From an uncultured Bacteroidota bacterium (GTDB lineage Bacteria > Bacteroidota > Bacteroidia > Bacteroidales > JAAUTT01), in assembly GCA_963846585.1 (NCBI GenBank), contig CAWJWO010000003.1:140505-204504 (forward strand): a stretch of 64,000 bases of DNA, in the 5' to 3' direction. The position numbers and the translations under genes were made by a program. This document shows, piece after piece, positions 9,096 to 21,000 of this stretch. Under the pieces are notes generated by a model that saw nothing but the letters and a program-made list of their open reading frames with translations, ran no database searches and was not told where the DNA came from. Within the stretch, counting starts at the first letter, position 1, and each line of letters opens with the position of its first letter.

Positions 9096-12000
9096 CTGTG
9101 GCGTAACTATTATATTAACATTGGCCGCTGATGAATAAACTATCCCATCCGATGCAGTCCAGATAAATGAAGTCATACCTGTAAAGTCCTTTAAAGGAGC
9201 AAAAAATAAAATATTAAGGTTATCCTTCAAAATTTCCTGACCTATTGTAACATCAAGGCTATTAAGGGATAATGTACCATTAGCAGGTAATGAACCGATC
9301 TGAATTTTTACAAGTGTGTCATTATTAACATCTGTGAATTTTGAAGTAAACTGTGCAGACTGGAACTGAAGTGTCGTATTTTCTACTATTGTATCGACTA
9401 TATCCGAAATAACCGGTACGTGCATGATTGAATTATAACCTGTGTCATTTAATACCACTTCTCCCGTTACACATTGTGGAGGAATGGCATTATTACAAAC
9501 CTGGTAGGTGATGGTATCCATGCCAATATAGGTTGAGTCAGGAGAGTAAACCAGCAGTCCGGCCCCACTTATACTTGCCTTTCCATGGTCAGGCCCGCTT
9601 ATGATTGAATAGGTTAACGTATCTCCATCAATATTGGAAATATTATTTACAATATTGATTGTCTTTGCTCCTCCTTTTGATGGAATGGTGTCAATAATTG
9701 TTGGCGAAATAAGAATCGGAGTATGTTTTACCGGGATAACAATTATATTCACACTTGCATTCGATATGGAATAATATTTTCCGTCATAAGCATTCCATGC
9801 AAAGTTTGTACTGCCATACCAGTTATTATTTGGAACAAATGAAAGATTACCGATATCATAAATATTTATTGCTTCGGATATAACTACAGGGGAACCGGAT
9901 AACAACAGTTTACCGTTTTCAGGCAAACTCATAATTTCAATACTTACAAGACTATAGGCATTCGAATCGGAAAATGAAGATGTAAAGTCATTGGAAACAA
10001 ATTGAAGTGTATCGTTTTCCAAAATCGTCCTGGAAATATTTTTCAATGTAATACAAGGTAAAATTGAATCTTTCATAGCCAACCTGGCAGCAGATTCGCA
10101 CCCTCCAATTGTTTGGCCCGCGTAATATGTTAAACCGCTTATAAGGACAGTTGTATCCGCAATAAAAGTCCCGCCTGCAGAGGACATGTACCAGGTAATA
10201 TCCGATCCAAGTACAACAAAATCTGATAATTTTGGATTAGCCTCACCGCAAAATGTTTGGGGCGATACGCCTGTTGGTGCCGCCGGAGTTAATGGTTGGG
10301 CATTAATCACTGCATTATTTGATGACAAAGAGCTACAACTGCTGTCATTAGTTACTTTAAAGGTATAAGCCTTATTGGCTGCCAAATTACTAAAGATTGA
10401 CGTCGGGCCTGATCCTGTAATCTTTGTTGATTCTTCCGATTCTGTAATTGTCCATGCACCGGTAGCTGGAAGTCCTACCAATCCAACACTACCTGTTGAA
10501 ATAGTACAAGTAGGTTGAATTAAAGTATCAATAAGTGGAATTCCCGGTGTTTGTTTAACATTTATGGTAACCGAATCACATGCCGAATTATATTTACATG
10601 GCGCTCCATCTTCATATCGGCCATAATATGTTGTCGTTGTATCAGGATTCACTGCGACATTATTGCCAGTGCCGGTAAGTATGCCTCCACATGATTTAGT
10701 ATACCATTTTATAGTTTCATCTGCTCCTCCCCCACCTCCATTTAAAGTTAAGGTGGTTGTATCTCCTTGACAAATACTGGTTGAACCGGCAGTGGCCGAA
10801 GTTGGATCGGCCGAAAGGCGATTAACTGTTATAGTTACAGTTTTACATTCCGAAGAATAATTACACAAGGTAGTATCCTCATAACGACCGTAATAGATAG
10901 TATTGGTATCAGGGTTTACAAGCAGGTTATTCCCTGTACCAACGAGTATACCACCACATGATACAGTGTACCAAGCGATTATTTCGCCAGTACCACCACC
11001 GCCACCTTGGAGGTTTAGGGTGGTACTTCCACCAATACATATAGTATCTGCAGCAGCCGTTGCTGCGGTTGGGTCGGCCGATTTCTGATCAACAGTTATA
11101 GCAATAGATTTACAGGCCGAAGCATAGTCACATTGGGCCCCGTCTTCATATCGTACATAAAAAATAGTTGTAGTATCAGGGCTTAAAATCACAGTACGAC
11201 CTGTATCTGACAGTAATCCCCCACATATACCTGCATACCATTTTATGGTTTGGTAGTTACCGCCACCTCCGCCTATCAATGTTAGTGTTGTATTGCTTCC
11301 ATTACATATAGTTGCTGAACTTGCAACAATTGATGCAGGGTCAGCCGATTGCTGATTTACTGTTATTGTTACCCGGGCACATGCCGAACTATAATTACAC
11401 GGGGATCCGTCTTCATATCGTCCATAATATGTAGTAGTCGTGTCAGGAGTTACCAAAAGATCATTACCTGTCCCCACAAGTATGCCACCACACGATACAG
11501 TGTACCATTTGATTACTTCACCGGTGCCCCCGCCTCCACCGTTAAGTGTTAATATTGTAATGTCGCCAGTGCATATAGTGTCTGAACTGGCGGTGGACGA
11601 TGTTGGATCTGCAGAAATCTGATTAACCGTTATGGTTATCGTGTCACAGGCTGAAGCATAGCTACACGGTAAACCATCTTCATATCTTCCATAGTATGTA
11701 GTCGTTATGGTTGGGCCAACCACCAGGTTATTCCCCATACCTGCCAGGTTACCACTACATGAACCAGTATACCATTTGATTACTTCTCCGGTACCTCCAC
11801 CTCCCCCATTCAGGGTTAAAATGGTGTTATCCCCGTTACAGATAGTATCCGCGTTGGATGTAGCCGAGGTGGGATCAGCCGATGTCTGGTTTACCGCGAT
11901 AGTTATTGCTGCACAGGCCGAAGTATAGTTACACGGGATTCCATCTTCATAACGTCCAAAGTAGGTAGTATTAATAGTCGGACTTACAACCAGGTTATTA

Positions 12001-15000
12001 CCTGTACCGGCCAGTGTACCTCCACACGATCCGGTGTACCATGCAATAGATTCGCCAGTGCCGGCTCCTCCACCACTAAGGGTTAAGACAGTGTTATAAC
12101 CGTTACATATAGTATCAGCGCTTGCAGTAGCAGAACCGGGATCCGCCGAAGTCTGGTTTACCGTGATTGTTATTGTTGCGCATACCGAATTATAATTACA
12201 TGGCGTGCCATCCTCATAACGTCCATAATATGTAGTTGAAATAGCTGGGCTTACTGTCAGGTTATTTCCAGTGCCTGCCGGTGTACCTCCACATGATCCG
12301 CTGTACCATTGAATCACTTCACCGGTTCCACCTCCTCCACCGTTAAGTGTTAATATTGTGGTTCCTCCGTTACAAATCGTATCAGTACTTGCACTGGCAG
12401 TACCAGGATCTGCCGAAGTCTGGTTTACCGTGATGGTTATTGTTGCACATGCTGAATTATAATTACATGGGGCACTATTTTCATACCGTCCATAGTAGGT
12501 AGTTGTTACAACCGGGCTTACCTCAAGGTTATTGCCTGAACCTGCGAGTGTTCCGCCACATGAACCTGTATACCATTTTATTGATTCAGATTCTCCACCA
12601 CCACCTCCGTTAAGCGTTAACACAGTGTTTCCTCCATTACAAATAGTTGTCGAACTGGCTGTGGCTGAAGCCGGATCTGCAGATTTCTGATTTACAGTGA
12701 TGGTTATTGTTGCACATGCTGAATTATAATTACAAGGTGCGCCATCTTCATACCGTCCATAATAGGTAGTTGTTATAGCAGGATTTACGTTCAGGTTATT
12801 CCCTGTTCCTGCTAATGTACCTCCACACGATCCAGTGTACCAATGAATTATTTCGCCGGTACCTCCGCCTCCACCATTAAGAGTTAAGATAGTATTACCT
12901 CCATCACATATAGTGGTTAAACTGGCAGTTGCAGAAGTTGGGTCAGTCGATTTTTGATTCACTGTAATAGTCACTGTGGCACATGCAGAATTATAGCTGC
13001 ATGGAGAACCATCTTCATAGCGTCCGTAATATTTAGTTGTAGTGATTGGGCTCACTATTATATTATTGCCAGTGCCGGCCAAAGTGCCTCCACACGATGC
13101 TGTATACCAGGTGACTACTTCACCGATACCACCACCTCCACCATTAAGTGTTAATGTAGTGCTTCCCCCATTACAAATAGTTGTTGAAGTTGCAGTTGCA
13201 GAAGCCGGATTGGCCGATTTCTGGTTTACAGTTATAGTTATTGTTGCACAAGCTGAATTATAATTACATGGTGCACCATCTTCATAGCGTCCGTAATATG
13301 AAGTTGTTACAACCGGATTTACTACCAGGTTATTCCCTGAACCAGCGAGAGTGCCACCACACGATGCTGTATACCATTTTATAGATTCAACTGCTCCACC
13401 ACCGCCTCCATTTAGAGTTAAGGTAGTGTTTTGTCCATTACATATTGTTGAAGAGGTTGCAGTTGCCGAGGTTGGATTGCCCGATTCCTGGTTTACAGTA
13501 ATAGTGGTTGCCGAAGAATTCGCCGATGCACATCCACCACTTGTTACTACGGCACGGTATTGTGTAGAAGTATTTAAATTGGTTGCTGTAAGTGTATTAG
13601 TTGTATTTGCAATATCCACCGGTGTAACCCAATTATCTATGCTTGATTGCCATTTGGTTACAGAGCCTGTATTACCTGACAATGTTAAACCTGTACTATT
13701 AATACCTGCACAAACGGTTGTACCCCCGGTCACAGTTCCGCCAACTGATGCAGGGCTTACTATAAATGAAGCTCCCGGGCTGGTATAATCGCAATTGGAT
13801 GAATTGCTCGTGTTAAGACGATATTGATATGTTCCGGTAGCAGTAGTACCTGAGATTGTCATACCTGAAGTTGTCGCGTTGGTATAAGTGGTTCCTGCAG
13901 GTGTTCCGTTTACTACATTTCCCCATGCAGATCCGTTATAATATTGCCACTGGTAAGTGGGAATACCTGTTCCTCCGCTTATATTACTGCTAACTACCGT
14001 GCTCCCACCGATACATATATTACTATTCGTGAATATTGGTGCAGTAAGTGTTGGATCTGCATCTACAGTGACAATAACAGTATTGGATGTTGCAGTAGTG
14101 CATCCACTCCCGGCGGCTTTTACCAAACATTGATACTGATAGCTTCCTGCATTTGAAATACCTGCTACAGAAAAAGTAGTACTTGTTTTTCCTGTATAAG
14201 TACTACCGGCCGGAGTACCATTAACCACATTACCCCAGGAAGAACCATTATAATATTGCCATTGATAAGTCAGGGAAGGTGTACCTCCATTGCCTGCAAT
14301 TGTCATGTTGGCTGAAGTACCTCCTGTACATATACTTGCAGGGCTTAGAGGTTGGGTTGAAACGGATGGGTCGGCATCAACAGTAATTGTTACAATATTT
14401 GATGTTATTTGTGTACAAACAGGATTAGTAATTTGCACCACCAACTGGTATGATTGGGCACCTGTTGCTGTAGTTCCACTAACGGTCATACTTGCAGTAG
14501 TACTGTTGGCATAGGTGCTACCGGCCGGTGTACCATTAACTACATTTGCCCATGTTCCGCTATTATCATACTGCCATTGATATGTATAGCCAATAGCTGG
14601 TACACCAACAACCGTCGCTGCTGTTAAAACAGAACTTCCACCGGCACAGATTGCAGAATTTGATGCGGAAGGCTGGGTTGAAATAAGTGGAACATAAACT
14701 GTCGCGCAGCTGGATGTTGCCGGATTACAATCGCTGCCAGTTGCAGAAACTATTACTTCGTAATAAGTTGTTTGAGTTAATAAAGCAGTGGTATAATTAC
14801 TGCTTGTTGCGCCAGCTATAGGAGTCCATGAGCCTCCGCAACCCGTCGTATTGGAATACCATTGATAATTAAGTGACGGGGTACCACCTGTTGCTGTTAC
14901 AGATAATGTAGTGGTAGTGCCACTGCAAATGGTTGTAGATGTAGCAGGTTGTACAGTTATTGTTGGTTCAGCTATAACACTTACTGTTACCGGATTAGAT

Positions 15001-18000
15001 ATATTTGTTATACAACCGCTTCCAGAAGCCGTAATAACACATTGATACTGATAATTTCCGGCTAATGTAGTACCGGCTACCGAAAAAGTTGTACCTGTAG
15101 CTCCTGTATAAGTACTCCCGGTTGGTGTTCCGGCGGATACATTAACGAATGAAGTGCCGTTATAATACTGCCATTGATAAAATAGTGAAGGTGTGCCTCC
15201 TGTTGCTGCCACTGTCATGCCGGTTGTAGTTCCACCCACGCAGATACCTGCCGGGCTGGAAGGTTGTGAAGTGAAAATGGGATCAGCAAGTACGGTTAAA
15301 GTTGCCGTATTGGATGTAAGTGGTGCACAAACAGGTGATGTAACCTGGATAACTACCTGGTATTTTTGGGTACCGATAGGGGTAATTCCATTAACAGTCA
15401 TGCTATTTGTTGTTGCATTAGTATAGGTACTTCCTAAAGGTGTGCCGTCTGCAACATTGTTCCAGGTACCGCTGTTATATTGCCATTGATAGGAATAATC
15501 AATTGTACCGCCACCAGGATCGGTAGCGACAGTAATTGTAGATCCCCCGCTAACACAAATGTTTGTATTTGCTGGTGTCGGTTGTGTAGTGATGCCCGGT
15601 ACATAAACTGTTGCACAGTTAGATGTTACCGTATTACAATCGCTTCCGGTAGCTGAAACCTGAACCCTGAAATAAGTAGTTTGAGTTAGTGCCAAAGTAG
15701 TATAACTATTGCTGGTGGCTCCGGGAATACTGGTCCAGGAACCTCCGCAACCTGTTGTATTTGATTGCCATTGGTAATTAAGTGAAGGTGCTCCACCTGT
15801 AGCTGTCACCGACAATGACGTGGTGCTGCCATTGCAAATAGTTGTTATGGCCGCGGGTTGCAATGTAATAGCTGGATCATCTGCAACAGTTAAGGTTGCT
15901 GCACCAGATATAACGGTATTACAATCACTTCCGGTTGCTGAAACCAGACATTGATACTGGAAGTTTCCTGCTGAAGAAATTGACGCGACGGTTAATACCG
16001 AAGTTGTTGCATTTGTATAAACAGAACCTGCCGGAGTACCATTCACAACATTGTTCCATGAAGTTCCGTTATAATATTGCCATTGGTAAATTAATGCCGG
16101 AGTACCTCCCGTGGCTGTTAAACCGATATTGGCTGTACCTCCTATGCAAATAGCCGTGGGGTCAACCGGTTGTACCGAAATAGCCGGTTCAGCCGCAACA
16201 GAAAGTGTTACGGGGTTTGAGGTCGCTGTTGCACAACCATTGCCTGCAGCTTCAACCAACGCCTGATAATTATAGCTACCCGGAATTGAAATCCCTTCAA
16301 CTGAAAAAGATGTGCCGTTTGATCCTGTATAAGTACTTCCTGCAGGTGTTCCGTTGACCACATTCTCCCACGTACCACTATTATTATATTGCCATTGATA
16401 GGTAAGTGAAGGTGTACCGCCTGATGCTGAAATATTCATATTGGCAGAAGTACCACCGATACAAATAGCGGCCGGAGTTGAAGGTTGAGAGGTAAAAGTT
16501 GGATCAGCTACTACAGTATAGGAAGATCCTGCACTGGTATAGTCGCAACCTGATGAATTACTGGTATTCAAGCGATACTGGTAATTCCCCGGGGAGGTAG
16601 TTCCGGTAATAGTCATCGACAAACTGTTTGCATTAGTATAGGTAGACCCGGCAGGTGTTCCGTTAACAACGTTATTCCATGCCGAACCATTATAATATTG
16701 CCACTGGTAAGCCGGAGTACCTATCCCGCCACTGATTGTACTGCTAACAACAGTACTTCCTCCTGCACAAATAGTAGCAATTGTATATATTGGTACAGTA
16801 AGAACAGGATCTGCTACTACATTTAATGTAACTGTATTGGATGTGGCAGTACTGCAGCCATTACCTGTTGCTGAAACAAGGCATTGATATTGGTAACTTC
16901 CTGTATTTGATATTCCTGATACTGAGAAAGTTTCAGTTGCAGCACCTGAATAGGAAGCACCTAAAGGTGTTCCATTTACTACATTATTCCATGAACCGTT
17001 ATAATATTGCCATTGATAATTTAGTGCCGGAGTGCCACCTGTTGCTATAATGCTCATATTGTCTGAAGTTCCACCCGCACATATGTTTGCAGGGCTCACA
17101 GGTTGAGTGGTTATGCCAGGAATATCAACAACAGTAACAGTAGCAGGTGTTGACGTTGTTAAACATCCTCCATCACCTGAAAGAACCTGATCAGTCACAA
17201 TAACCTTGTAAACATAATTCCCTGTAATGGCTAAGGAAGGAGTACTATAATTATTGGTATTTGTTCCAAGATTATTCCATATTCCTCCCGTGAAATACTG
17301 CCATTGATAGTTATATGAACCCGTTCCTCCGGAAGCAGAAACATTCAATGTTTGTGTACCATTCTGACAAATTGAGGCATTTGACGGTCCTGTCAAAATA
17401 ATTGGCACACGGTTTGTTACGGTAACTGTTGACAGGGAAGCAGAACATGTGCCATTTGTTATATTCCATTGGAGCACATATGTTCCTGGAATAGTTCCCG
17501 TGATAGTAGTTGCAGGAGATCCAGGAGTAGTTATACTCGGAGAATTCGGCCCACTTACTAAACTCCATGTGCCGGTACCATAAACAGGGGTATTCCCTGC
17601 CAGGGTAAAAGTTGTGGCATTGCAATAACTTTGTGCCGGACCCGCGTCAGAGGATGTAGGAAGATTATAGTTTATAACCTGTAAACTATCCGTTGAAATA
17701 CATGAACCATTTGCAATGGTATACATGAATACATAAACACCAGGCACTAAACCATTAACACTGGCAGGATTTGATCCGGTTATGGTTGGTGAATCAGTAC
17801 CGCTGAGCAAGGACCAGGTTCCGGTACCCGAAGAAGGAATATTTCCTGTAAGTGATGTATTTGAAGAGTTGCAAAGATATTGGTCAGCTCCTGCAACAGC
17901 CATTGACGGAATATTATTTATTGTTATATTCACAGTGGAGCTGCTGGAATCACAAATTCCATTAATAATAGTCCATCTTAACACGTATGTACCCACTATA

Positions 18001-21000
18001 GTACCCAAAAGTTCTGTATTTGGATCATTAGCATTTACGAATAATGCGGAACTGGGTCCTGAAACCTGTGTCCATGTTCCTGTGCCGACAACCGGGATAT
18101 TGGCGGTAAGTGTAATATCAGTGTAGTTACAAACTGATTGATTAGTACCTGCATTAGAGGCAGTGGGTGCCGGATCAATAATTATTTGCACGGTATCACT
18201 GGCAGAACAGGAGTTATAGGATGACGTCCATTCAATTAGATATGTGCCTGCTATTAAGCCTGTTGCTGTAGTTACAGGATTATTGACGTTGGTAAACGAA
18301 GCTGTATTTGGTCCGCTTAGCTGACTCCATGTGCCTGTACCAGTGTTAATAATATTACCCGCCAGCGAAACAGTGCTGACATTACATTGTTCCTGGTCAG
18401 GTCCTGCATCAGGGGCAGTAGGCGGAACATTGGTGTTTATTGTTAAATCTGCTGTACTTGGTGTACATACTCCATTTGATATTGTCCAGCTAAAAACATA
18501 CGATGATGCTTCGGCACATGTTACAGAACTGGAGGGTGAAATAGGTGATTCTATTGTTGCACCACCCGGGCCGCTGACCAATGACCAGTTTCCAACCCCT
18601 GTTGCAGGTGTATTACCTGATAAGGTAGTGGTATATCCGCATATATTTTGAGTAGCTCCAACAGTGGCTGTTGTCGGGGTAGCATAATCTTCAATTGAGA
18701 CCTGATCTGTAGATGAACAATTACCATTTGTAACAGTCCATTCCATTATGTAAGTTCCTGCCCCACCGGTGGGAGTAAATGATGTGTTGTAAATATTACC
18801 ATTAGCAAATGTACCTGCAGGTCCGCTTACTTCACTCCATGTACCTGTTCCAACTACAGGATTATTGCCATTCATGTTAAATAAGGCGGCATTGCACAAT
18901 TGTTGATCAGTTCCTGCATCAGGTACCGAAGGCACAGCTGAATTTACAACAGTTATATCAGCATAAGAGGAACTACAGCCATTTGAAATGGTAAAACGAA
19001 AATCGTAACTACCTGGTGTCATTCCGGTAACAACAGCAGTGTTTATTCCTGTTGAAGTAATAGTGCATGAAGGTCCTGATATTTGTGTCCAGATACCTGT
19101 AGCTTCTGAATTTCCAGTTAGATATGTTGTTGTTTCATTACATAAATTTTGGTTTGAGCCTGCATTGGCTGCAGGTGTAAAGTTAATTACCACTGTGTCG
19201 CTAGAGGAAGGACAATAAGGTCCATTCTGTGAAGTCCACAGCATTTGATATGTTCCATATATAAGGTTGGATAATACCGCTGCAGGAGAAGTGATGTTTG
19301 AAATTGCCGGGTAGTTTGGGCCTGATATGTATGACCAGGTACCTGAACCTACAGTTATTGCATTCGCGGCTAAGTCAGCTGTAGTTGCAGGAGGGCAGAT
19401 ATTCTGATTGGGACCGGCATTGGCAGTAGTTGGCGGACTGGAAACATATAGGTTAACATAGGAATAGTTTGATGGGCAGGCATAATTTGTGACATTCCAC
19501 TTAAAGGTATAAACTCCTGTAACCAGATTTGAAATAGTTGGCGTTGACGATAGTGTATCACTGATTGTTGCAAGGCCCGGACCTGATATCTGCGACCATG
19601 AACCTACACCTACTGATACAGCATTACCTGAAAGTGTAGTCGATGTTCCGCAAATTTGCTGTTCTGAACCTGCCAAAGAGGTAGTAGCAGGTTGTGAAAT
19701 TGTTACCATAACAGTATCAACCGTCGAAGAACAACCATTCCAATTAATTTCCCACTGAAACAGGTAGTTCCCCTTAGACATGCCGGTAACGGTAGTAGCC
19801 GGTGAATTAACGTCTGTAATAGAACAGGCAGGTCCGGAAATCTGCGACCATATACCTGTTCCTGATTCAGGATTATTTCCTGATTGTGTTATAACGGTAG
19901 TTGAAGCACTCTGACACTGATCGGGACCAGCATTTGCTTGTACGGGACCCTGAATACCACTAGTTGTTATAACAACTGTACTTGAATCAGCACCGCAGGC
20001 ATTTGCAATTTTCCACTGAAAAGTATAAACTGTATTTGCAATCAAACCTTTAACAATAGCATGCGGAGTGTGAATATCACTGAAAATAACACCTTCACCC
20101 GGAGTAACTGACCATGTACCTGTTTCATTTATTGCAGGAGAATTACCCTGCAAGATTGTAGTTGTAGCGTAACAAACAGTAGTAGAGTTTCCGGCAGCAG
20201 AAGTTGTAGGTGTAGGCGGTGAAACTATCACATTTACATCATCTTCACTAGTTGTACCGTTAGCACCGGCAGTTATCGACCAGCGAAACACATATTTTCC
20301 CGGTATTAAATTACTAATAGGTGAATCGTTGAAATTTGGATTACTTATTACTGCATTATTTGGCCCGCTTACCTGGTACCATACACCTGTTCCTACAGAT
20401 GGAATATTTCCGGCAAGTGCTGTGCTAAAAACATTACAAGCAAGATCCTGAGCAGTTCCTGCATTTGATGCCGTAGGCGTTTGGGAAATAAAAATATTCA
20501 TATCAGCATCAGCTTCCCCGCAACCTCCAATTCCACCATTGGTATATCTTCTGAACCTTATCACATATTGACCTTCAACATTGGGTACAGCCACTAATTG
20601 CGGGCTCTCGCTGTTAATCCAGGATGGATTGGATACGGTACCTGAAGGAGTTTCAACAATAGCGTATGATGTATTGGTACCACCTTCAAATGTATAAGTT
20701 ACAGTTGTGGATGTATCATTAACAGGCAGGATAACGTTTGTTGATGATGTTATAGAAATGGATGGTGGATCGAGTGTTGAATAACTAAGAGTTACAACTC
20801 CTGATGTAGATGAGCAGGCAGTAACAGAGTTTGTAATATTATATTCAAAAGTTGATGAAGCAGGTGGATTTAGTCCTGTAACAGTTGTTTGAGTATTGTT
20901 GGGACTTATTATAGTTCCTGCTCCGGATAATTTTGTCCAGGTAACCACTTCGTTCGCATATGTCGGGTTATCACCAATAAGAACTGCTTCAACCCGGGAA

